From an uncultured virus (IMG/VR IMGVR_UViG_3300029705_006209) (taxonomy: Duplodnaviria; Heunggongvirae; Uroviricota; Caudoviricetes): a stretch of 64,000 bases of DNA. The translations under genes and the position numbers were made by a program. This document shows, one piece after another, positions 56,354-64,000 of this stretch. Position 1 is the stretch's first letter, and every line of letters begins with the position of its first letter. Under the pieces are notes generated by a model. It saw only the letters and a program-made list of their open reading frames with translations. It had not been told where the DNA came from and ran no database searches. The stretch lies in the IMG/VR virus record IMGVR_UViG_3300029705_006209, one strand, 5' to 3'.

Positions 56354-59300
56354 CTACTTGACGTTTCCTTCTCCAAGCAGCACAGTCATCTCATTTCTGA
56401 GATAATCATTTATGCGAACCCTGCATTCAGGAGCGGACACCCTGCATGTGCCGTCCGGAAGATACAAACGAATATCCGAATTGCCCGGAAACCGCTTTGC
56501 AACGCTGTCAATCAAAGAAAGAAGCATCGGCAGTCCACCGTATTCCTCGACGGCAGCTTCAGTAATTCGAAGCTTCAGTATGCGTTCAGAAGCATAGGCT
56601 TTCCTCGAGGTGCGAGGCTTAACGGTTTCGATCAGTTCCTGACTGTTTATGTCCATTATTTCTTCAAGAAGAAGCTCTGCGGAGCCTTCGTCCTTTTCGC
56701 TGACTTTTCCTCTGACTGCCACGATAGCATCTTCAGTTACGTAATTTCTGCGTTTTTCGTACAGCTTAGGAAAAACTATGCAGTCAACAGTTCCCACGTA
56801 ATCCTCAAGTGTAAACCTTGCCATTTCCTGCTGTTTCTTGGTAAATATGTGCCTTACGGAAGAAATAATGCCGGCAAGAACGACAACATCTCCGTCATGG
56901 AACCGCGCATTCGATATGACTGCCGTTTCCTCTGCGCCGTCAGCTGCGACATTGGCATTAACATCGGTAGTCACTGCGTCCGTAAGCCCTTTTATTACGG
57001 TCTCATACTCATCCAGCGGATGCCCCGTAAGATATGTGCCGAGCATTTCCTTTTCTTTTGCGAGTCTTATATTTTTCTCAAAGTTCCTGACGTTCGGTAA
57101 AGCATGTCTTTCCGGTTTCTCATCTTCAAACCCTTCCATCTGGAACAGGCTTATCTGATCTTTCGCCCGCGTCCTTGCCCTTTTCTGTGCCTGCTTTACG
57201 GCGTCCTCGCTTACAGCAAGAAGCTGCGCCCTGTTAGGATTTATGTCATCAAAGGCCCCGGATTCAACAAGAGATTCTATCGTTCGCTTGTTGAGTTCTT
57301 TCGCTTCGATATGATCGATGAAGTCGTAGAAGTCATCTCCATCACGGAAGTCTTTCCTTGCATCAAGAATAGCCCTGACGGGTCCTTCGCCAACATTCTT
57401 AACTCCGATAAGCCCGAATCTGATCCGTCCGTTTTCGGCTGTAAATTTTGCAGAACTCTTGAGAACTGATGGCGGATCAACCGGCACGCCCATATCCTTA
57501 GCATTCCTGACATATGAAGATATGAACTCTGCTTTTCCGGCCATGCTTGTCATAAGCGCCGCAAGAAACTCCGCCGGATAATGTGCCTTAAGATATGCTG
57601 TTTGATAAGAAATGACAGCATATGCGGCAGCGTGGCTTTTGTTGAAAGCATAAGCGGCAAAGGTCACCATGTCGTCAAATATGGCTTTAGCCGCCTCCTC
57701 GGATACTCCGTTTGCTATGCAGCCTGGTATTTCTACGTTGCCGTTATCATCTTTCTTGCCGTAGATGAAGTATTTCTTCTCCTCAAGCATTACCTGCGCC
57801 TTCTTTTTAGACATGGCACGGCGAACAAGATCCGAGCGTCCGAACGAATAGCCGCCGAGATCTCTTACTATGCTCATAACCTGTTCTTGGTATATTAAAC
57901 ACCCGTATGTTACATCAAGGATGTGTGAAAGCTGCGGATCTACATACTGTATGTTTTCCGGATGCCTCTTGTTTTCAAGGTACTTCGGGATAGAATCCAT
58001 CGGGCCCGGTCTGTAAAGGGCTATGCCCGCAATTATATCTTCGAAGCAGCTCGGCTTAAGCTGTTTCAGGAAGTCGGTCATTCCACCGCCCTCAAGCTGA
58101 AAAACGCCTGCGGTGTTACCTGAAGATATGAGCCGGTATACTGCCGGGTCGTCGAATCCGATCTTGTTCCAGTCTATTTCAACGCCGTGATTCTTTCGTA
58201 TCATCTGAAGGGCGTCTTCAATTACAGTAAGGTTTCTGAGCCCCAAAAAATCCATTTTCAGAAGTCCGAGCTCTTCGATTGTCGTCATGTTGAACTGTAC
58301 GGCAAGTCCCTTGTCCGACGCATAAAGCGGCACATAGTTCTCCAAAGGTTCTCTGGATATTACTACGCCCGCTGCGTGTTTTGACGCATTCCTCGGAAGG
58401 CCCTCAAGCATTCTCGATAAATCGATGACCTGTTTTACCAGAGGCTCCCTTTCATAGCGCTCTCTAAGCTCCGGATTGAGCTCTAGCGCCATGTCTATGG
58501 TCACGTCCTTGACGTTTGGAATCGCCTTTGCGATCTGATCTCCCTCCTGGTATGTCGCACCGAGAACTCTGGCAACATCCCGCACCACGGCCTTCGCCTT
58601 CAGCGTTGTGAACGTGATAATACCCGAAACTTTATCCTTGCCATACTTTTCCGTTACATAGTCGATGACTTCCTGACGTCTGTCGATGCAGAAGTCGACG
58701 TCTATATCCGGCATGCTGACACGCTCCGGGTTGAGGAACCTTTCGAATACGAGAGAATACCTGATCGGATCAAGCTCTGTTATAGCAAGGCAGTACGAAA
58801 CGATGCTTCCTGCAGCTGAGCCTCTGCCCGGACCGACCGGAATACCGTTGGTTTTAGCGTAGTTGATGAAGTCCCAGACAATAAGGAAATACTCCACAAA
58901 GCCCATGCTTTCGATCGTAGAAAGCTCTGTTTCAAGACGCTTTCTCAGGTCAGATGCCGGATCAAGGGCCTCTTTGCCGTATCGTCTTTCAAGACCGGCA
59001 TAGCAGAGTTTTCTCAGATATTCATCACATGTCATTCCTTCAGGCGGATCGTATTTTGGAAGACGGTAATTGCCGAACTCGAATTCGACATGGCATCTGT
59101 CCGCGATCTCCTGTGTTCTGTGGACCGCATCTGGTATGTCCGGGAAAAGCTCCAGCATCTCAGCTTCAGACTTGAGATAGAACTCATCATTCTCAAAGCG
59201 CATTCGGTTCTCATCAGTTACCTTCGCCTGAGTCTGGATACACATAAGAATATCCTGCGCCTTTGCATCGCTGCGTCTAAGATAATGCGCATCATTCGTG

Positions 59301-59905
59301 GCAACAAGCGGGACGTCTATATCAGCAGAGAGCCTCTTAAGTCCCTCGATAACCGGGACATCATCATCGAGATGATGATTCTGGATCTCGAGAAAGAAGT
59401 TTCCTTCCCCGAATATATTAAGAAGATCCAAAGCTTCGGCTTTTGCTTTACCGTAATCGCCATTAAGAAGATGGCGCTGTACATTACCGGCAAGACAGCC
59501 GGAAAGGCATATGAGCCCCTTGTGATACTTACTTAGGAGGTCCTTGTCTACACGAGGCTTGAAGTAAAAGCCGTCAGTATAACTCTCGGACACGATCTTT
59601 ACGAGATTGCTATAGCCTTCCTGTGTTTCGGCAAGCAAAATGAGATGCCCGGATTTCTTGTCCTCTGACGGCTCCCTGTCGTGCATCGTACGTGCAGCGG
59701 TATAGACCTCGCAGCCTATGACCGGGTGGATGCCTTCTTTCTTGCAGGCCTTATAAAAATCAACCACTCCGAACATTGTACCGTGATCCGTGATCGCACA
59801 CGCGGTCATGCCGAGCTCTTTTGCTCTTTTAGGGAGTTCCGAGATTCGACACATTCCATCGAGGAGGCTATATTCAGCGTGATTATGCAGGCTTGAGTAG
59901 CTCAT
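56354..59905 (-). CDS. dnaE: DNA polymerase III alpha subunit
   Basis: PHP domain (LHNH.EYSLLDG, ITDHG), GPGRGSAAGS, PDIDVDF, LLKMDFLGL, YAFNKSH, OB fold. Confidence 0.97.
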   Translation of the reverse strand: MSYSSLHNHAEYSLLDGMCRISELPKRAKELGMTACAITDHGTMFGVVDFYKACKKEGIHPVIGCEVYTAARTMHDREPSEDKKSGHLILLAETQEGYSNLVKIVSESYTDGFYFKPRVDKDLLSKYHKGLICLSGCLAGNVQRHLLNGDYGKAKAEALDLLNIFGEGNFFLEIQNHHLDDDVPVIEGLKRLSADIDVPLVATNDAHYLRRSDAKAQDILMCIQTQAKVTDENRMRFENDEFYLKSEAEMLELFPDIPDAVHRTQEIADRCHVEFEFGNYRLPKYDPPEGMTCDEYLRKLCYAGLERRYGKEALDPASDLRKRLETELSTIESMGFVEYFLIVWDFINYAKTNGIPVGPGRGSAAGSIVSYCLAITELDPIRYSLVFERFLNPERVSMPDIDVDFCIDRRQEVIDYVTEKYGKDKVSGIITFTTLKAKAVVRDVARVLGATYQEGDQIAKAIPNVKDVTIDMALELNPELRERYEREPLVKQVIDLSRMLEGLPRNASKHAAGVVISREPLENYVPLYASDKGLAVQFNMTTIEELGLLKMDFLGLRNLTVIEDALQMIRKNHGVEIDWNKIGFDDPAVYRLISSGNTAGVFQLEGGGMTDFLKQLKPSCFEDIIAGIALYRPGPMDSIPKYLENKRHPENIQYVDPQLSHILDVTYGCLIYQEQVMSIVRDLGGYSFGRSDLVRRAMSKKKAQVMLEEKKYFIYGKKDDNGNVEIPGCIANGVSEEAAKAIFDDMVTFAAYAFNKSHAAAYAVISYQTAYLKAHYPAEFLAALMTSMAGKAEFISSYVRNAKDMGVPVDPPSVLKSSAKFTAENGRIRFGLIGVKNVGEGPVRAILDARKDFRDGDDFYDFIDHIEAKELNKRTIESLVESGAFDDINPNRAQLLAVSEDAVKQAQKRARTRAKDQISLFQMEGFEDEKPERHALPNVRNFEKNIRLAKEKEMLGTYLTGHPLDEYETVIKGLTDAVTTDVNANVAADGAEETAVISNARFHDGDVVVLAGIISSVRHIFTKKQQEMARFTLEDYVGTVDCIVFPKLYEKRRNYVTEDAIVAVRGKVSEKDEGSAELLLEEIMDINSQELIETVKPRTSRKAYASERILKLRITEAAVEEYGGLPMLLSLIDSVAKRFPGNSDIRLYLPDGTCRVSAPECRVRINDYLRNEMTVLLGEGNVK

Positions 59906-59921
59906 TTCTCAACCTCTTCTC

Positions 59922-60569
59922 TTATTTTTCATCGCCTTCGGAAGGAACTTCCTCTACATCTACGCCTGGCTCTTCAGCATTTTCAGCTTCTTCAGCGGCC
60001 TTCTTTTCTTCTTCTTTCATGTATTTCTTTGCCTGTCTGTAAGTCATTTTGACGTAGTTTATGGTCTTGTCACCCTGCTTTACGCCTACCTTGACTGTTC
60101 CGCTGAGCCCCTGTGTAGCCGGCTTCATCGAAGTCAGCAGATATGCGCCGGTTGACTTAAGATACTCTTTTCCGTCCTTTCCCTGCAGCTGATCAAGTTC
60201 TTCCTTTGGTGCATCTTCAGCTACAGTGAAGAGAACTTTGAGGAGATTTCCCTCAGCTTTGACCTTCATAGTCGTATATTCAGTAACAGGCATGTTCGAA
60301 TACATTTCAGCGATGCCGTTATCTTCCATGTACTTCTCGATCGAAGCAGGCTTTGTAAAGTAGTCATAGCCATAGATAAATGCAAACATTCCCGCTATGA
60401 CTCCGAAAATCAGCACGGCCAGCAGGATATTGTTAGGTCTGCTCTTCTTATCTTCCACTTTGTTGGCGGCTTTGCGAGCTGCTTTTGCCTCGCGTCTTTC
60501 AGCTTTTTTATTCCTGTTGTTTTCAGTCGCTACACGTACATCCGACACTTTGTTGTTTTCGTTGCTCAT
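59922..60569 (-). CDS. single-pass membrane protein
   Basis: Basic N-terminus, one TM segment, acidic tail; AAGGAG RBS. Confidence 0.7.
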   Translation of the reverse strand: MSNENNKVSDVRVATENNRNKKAERREAKAARKAANKVEDKKSRPNNILLAVLIFGVIAGMFAFIYGYDYFTKPASIEKYMEDNGIAEMYSNMPVTEYTTMKVKAEGNLLKVLFTVAEDAPKEELDQLQGKDGKEYLKSTGAYLLTSMKPATQGLSGTVKVGVKQGDKTINYVKMTYRQAKKYMKEEEKKAAEEAENAEEPGVDVEEVPSEGDEK

Positions 60570-60586
60570 TTGTTGTCTCCTTTTAT

Positions 60587-60988
60587 CTATTCTCTGTTGT
60601 TTTTTCTGTTTTCCTTAAACATCTTGTCCAGCCATACATCGTTCTCGTCCCTATATGATGCAATATTCCCGGTAAAGGCATCTCCCGGCTCGGATATGTA
60701 CATTACGTGCTTCGAGCGGCTTTTTTTCAGTTCCGCAATTATCATCTTGCTCTTTCTGATAATAAAGACCAGAAAAACGAAAACTACTACGGCAAGGATT
60801 CCTTCCCATGCAGAAGAAACGATGTTGTGCAATACAGACTCTTTCATGCTCATCAGATGTCCGCTTTCACTTGCCGGATCTGTAAGCACATATGAGCCCA
60901 GATCGATCAGAGACGATCTGATTGTGGACACTACAGTAGATACGACAAATAAGATCACGCTTATTATTGCTACCAGCTTATTACTCAT
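60587..60988 (-). CDS. membrane protein
   Basis: Two hydrophobic segments. Confidence 0.6.
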   Translation of the reverse strand: MSNKLVAIISVILFVVSTVVSTIRSSLIDLGSYVLTDPASESGHLMSMKESVLHNIVSSAWEGILAVVVFVFLVFIIRKSKMIIAELKKSRSKHVMYISEPGDAFTGNIASYRDENDVWLDKMFKENRKNNRE

Positions 60989-61087
60989 AAAAACTCAGCC
61001 TCTCTTTTTGTTTGTCTGTAACCCGTCTATTTTTGGAGGTTTTTTGACTATTCCCCAAAAAATTTTTTTTGGTTACTCCCGTTCCTG

Positions 61088-63376
61088 TTATTTACGCTTT
61101 TTCGGAAACGTCATCTCAATTCGGGAATTTTTCTTATCCCAAGAAAGCATGGCGCTGTAATATTTCTGCCGCTTATCAGACCATAAGTCCTCTACATAGA
61201 TGCTGCGATCCGCCTTCTTGGCTTTCGAAAGGAGAATGGCCTTTTCTTCTTCCGTGAATGTATGCTTGTTGAAAGTCTCAGGGAACTCCCTCTCTCGCAC
61301 ATTCAGATGGAAGCCCCAGAATGTCTTTCCTTTATACTTCTGCTTCTGGAGGGAACCTTCCGCAGTATATGTATTCCCTTTAGAGGAAACTGCCTCGAAG
61401 CTGATCTCTTCGCCGGCGAGAAGCTTTGCGACCTCTTCATCGGTAAAGGTGTGTCCTCCCCACTCCTTGTTGAATACGACTTCCTCTCCCGTAGGAGCAT
61501 ATACCTGAGCCGTCGTCTTTTCTTTGGCGACATATTCTCCTGCTCCGCCTACTGCTGCCGAGTCCTTTGGGGCGATGCGGTTCTCGCTGATGATGCGTGC
61601 AATATCCGTTCTGTTGGCATTGAGCACGTCCATGATCCCGATGTTCCCACGGCCTACAGACTTAAGGTCACGGCCCATATCTGCCGTCATTCTTGCAGAG
61701 AAGTCGATCCCAAGAGCCTTCGTTGCCTCAACAAGAAAGCGTCCTCTCGGCTCTATATGATAGGCTTTCTTCGTAAGGCTGATATAGCCTTTGTCAGCAG
61801 CCTTTTCCAGAATATTGGCTCTTGTTGCGACCGTTCCGATCTCAAGGCCGGCAAGGATGTTTTTGTAATCCTCTTCATCTGTCGAGTCCTCTTTTCGGAA
61901 GGGATTTTCCATCCATTTACCGAGGGCTTCCACCGTATAGTGCTTCGGCGGCTTTGTCTCGGCTGATACGGCCTGGAAATCCGTTGTTACGATGTCCCCT
62001 ACGGAAACCTTAGGAAGGGTTCTTTCGTCGTCTTCCTCTTCACTGTCGTCCTTCTTCTGCTCTGCTTTCTTCTTCGGCTCGAAGCGCTGCCAGCCCTCCT
62101 GGACCAGAACCTCGCCCGACACCTTGAACTGCTCAAGAGGATTATCTATAACAACAGTAGTCTTGTTGTATATGCAAGGCTCTTTGCAGAAGACAGCCAT
62201 GAAGCGATAGAGAACAGTAAGGAAACAGTTTTTTTCTTCTTCCGTCAGATCGGATGAAGAGGGCCTTTTGCCTGTTACTGTGATAGCACTGTGCCCGTCT
62301 ATCTTTGAATCGTCAAAGATAGCTTTACTGTCCTTGAACTCCAGGTATCCATCCCGGTTGATCTTGCTGATAATGCCTTTGACGGCAGACTTTTCAGCTT
62401 CGGCAATATATTCGGTGTTTGTCCTCGGATAGCTTGTAAAGCCTTTTTCATAGAGACTCTGTGCCAGTGCAAGCGTCTTGTCCGGTTTGTACCCGTAGCG
62501 TTTCGACATGACAGCCTGCAGCGAAGTCTGAGAAAACAGCTTCGGTGCTTTCTTGGTCACCTTCTTTTCCTGTATATCGGAAACAACCGATTTACCCGCC
62601 TGCAGTCTTGCTGCCCAGTCCTCTGCTTTTGCCTTTTCGTTCTTATCGAATCGTTCCTTTGATGTCAGCTTGAAGCCGTTCTCCACATCGGATACGACCT
62701 TGAAGTACTCTTCTGGCACGAAAGCTTCTATTGCCGTGTCCCTGTTATAGATCTCTGTAACGATGGCACCGATTACACGCCCGATATTAAGAGCCGGACG
62801 CGCCTCCGTTTTGACCGTTGCATACTGGCTTAAGTTGATTCCATAATCCCAGTCAAAACACATTCTGGTCATGCCCTCGTTGAAAACGAGCTTATACTCC
62901 GAATTAGGCTTAGCGATGCGAAAAGCTTCAACGATAGCCTCGTCGGTAAGCGCCTTAAGCTGAGGTCTCATTACGGGTTTTGTGTTCCCGCATTCTCTGA
63001 GTACCAGATCGACAAGGATCTGCCCCTCTCTGTCCGGGTCGCCGCAGTGATATATCATGTCTACCGCAGGATCTTTTACCAGCTTCTTTATGGTGTTGAA
63101 GCGTTTCTTGGCATCATCTCTGATGCTGTACTCATACTTTTTCGGAAAGAACGGCAGATTCTCGATTCTCCACGAACCAAGATTTTCACGGCCCGGATAC
63201 TTTTCAGGCATTTTAAGCTCCAGAAGATGTCCGAACTGAGCCGTAGCTATGTAGTGCTCTGACTCGTTGTACTCTCCGTTATCTCTGCCTGCAAAATGCT
63301 CCCCTTGTGTTCCAAGAGCATGCATTATCGTTCGCATAAGGCTAGGTTTTTCCGCAATTACGAGCTTCTTTCCCAT
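61088..63376 (-). CDS. topB: type IA DNA topoisomerase (TopB-like)
   Basis: LVIAEKPS, GHLL, DPDREG, SYPRT (catalytic Tyr), IGTVATR; C-terminal HTFT.EE repeats. Confidence 0.92.
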   Translation of the reverse strand: MGKKLVIAEKPSLMRTIMHALGTQGEHFAGRDNGEYNESEHYIATAQFGHLLELKMPEKYPGRENLGSWRIENLPFFPKKYEYSIRDDAKKRFNTIKKLVKDPAVDMIYHCGDPDREGQILVDLVLRECGNTKPVMRPQLKALTDEAIVEAFRIAKPNSEYKLVFNEGMTRMCFDWDYGINLSQYATVKTEARPALNIGRVIGAIVTEIYNRDTAIEAFVPEEYFKVVSDVENGFKLTSKERFDKNEKAKAEDWAARLQAGKSVVSDIQEKKVTKKAPKLFSQTSLQAVMSKRYGYKPDKTLALAQSLYEKGFTSYPRTNTEYIAEAEKSAVKGIISKINRDGYLEFKDSKAIFDDSKIDGHSAITVTGKRPSSSDLTEEEKNCFLTVLYRFMAVFCKEPCIYNKTTVVIDNPLEQFKVSGEVLVQEGWQRFEPKKKAEQKKDDSEEEDDERTLPKVSVGDIVTTDFQAVSAETKPPKHYTVEALGKWMENPFRKEDSTDEEDYKNILAGLEIGTVATRANILEKAADKGYISLTKKAYHIEPRGRFLVEATKALGIDFSARMTADMGRDLKSVGRGNIGIMDVLNANRTDIARIISENRIAPKDSAAVGGAGEYVAKEKTTAQVYAPTGEEVVFNKEWGGHTFTDEEVAKLLAGEEISFEAVSSKGNTYTAEGSLQKQKYKGKTFWGFHLNVREREFPETFNKHTFTEEEKAILLSKAKKADRSIYVEDLWSDKRQKYYSAMLSWDKKNSRIEMTFPKKRK

Positions 63377-63383
63377 ATCAGCC

Positions 63384-63614
63384 TTAAGCCTCCTTTGTGA
63401 GGTCGATGATGTCGAACCCGAAGTCCATAGCATTAAGAAGCTTGATATACGTTCCGATTGTCGGATTACTTTTCCCGTTTTCGATGTAGCCTATCTGCTT
63501 ACGGCTTATATCTGCAAGATCACTGAGAGCGCGTATAGAGAGGCCTCTCTCTTCTCGGCATTCGCGAAGGCTCGCTCCGGCAATAATTGCCTCCAAATTT
63601 TTCTTTTCGATCAT
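63384..63614 (-). CDS. XRE-family HTH regulator
   Basis: LRECREERGLSIRALS..IENGKSNPT. Confidence 0.85.
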   Translation of the reverse strand: MIEKKNLEAIIAGASLRECREERGLSIRALSDLADISRKQIGYIENGKSNPTIGTYIKLLNAMDFGFDIIDLTKEA

Positions 63615-63654
63615 GTCGTGAATTCCTTTTCAGTTTTTTCTTCCGTTTCGCTGA

Positions 63655-63954
63655 TCACTTCCACTCTTCTGCAAAGCTGACTCTGTATTTTCTCATTATT
63701 GCTGCCGTGTACGGGAGCACGTCGTCGCGCTCCATTCCCGCAAATACGCTCTCTGCAAGCACATACTCGGCCGGATATCCGAAGTTCAGCTTATTTACGC
63801 ACCTCTCGCAGGCCTTTTCCAAAGCCTCCGTATCGGGCTCAACGCCGAGCTCTGTGCAAAGATCCTCTACATCTTTTTTGAACACGGCATTATGTGCACG
63901 TGCCCAGCGAGCTCTGATCTCGCGGTACGCATCAATTCTTTTTTCTTCTTCCAT
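63655..63954 (-). CDS. hypothetical protein
   Basis: GGGAG RBS; co-oriented with neighbours. Confidence 0.6.
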   Translation of the reverse strand: MEEEKRIDAYREIRARWARAHNAVFKKDVEDLCTELGVEPDTEALEKACERCVNKLNFGYPAEYVLAESVFAGMERDDVLPYTAAIMRKYRVSFAEEWK

Positions 63955-64000
63955 ATTTCTTCTCCCGTTTTATCTCTAATGTGCGATGCTCTTGCAGGCA

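Noticed and set aside
56318..59896. Long plus-strand ORFs opposite dnaE, and similar ones opposite the topoisomerase and ATPase genes
   Set aside because: Antisense shadows of well-supported genes, with no motifs or RBS.

Overview
A 64 kb piece of what looks like a large extrachromosomal replicon (megaplasmid or huge phage-like element) of a Clostridia-type Firmicute host. This is inferred from gene content; no virion genes and no rRNA are visible. It carries its own replication and topology genes (dnaE, a type II topoisomerase A/B pair, topB, HU, a DnaD-domain protein), two tRNAs (Pro-GGG, Thr-CGT), a TraX-like gene, secreted proteins and many phage-like small ORFs. Plus-strand genes (4-20 kb) converge on minus-strand genes (20.7-64 kb) at a Xer-like tyrosine recombinase. 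Mobile elements are an ISL3 transposon with cargo inserted into an IS200/IS605 tnpA, two IscB-omegaRNA elements and one TnpB element. Highlights: (1) an orphan three-unit Cas12a-type CRISPR mini-array just after the recombinase, with no cas gene in the window; (2) a DdmDE-like helicase-nuclease/Argonaute-like pair in an extended operon with a PIN protein; (3) two related ~45-nt hairpin cassettes inserted in one IscB omegaRNA; (4) a duplicated, covarying attenuator/antisense RNA element heading two operons; (5) a giant STAND-like ATPase with a partner gene. All family calls come from motifs read by eye; no database search was run.
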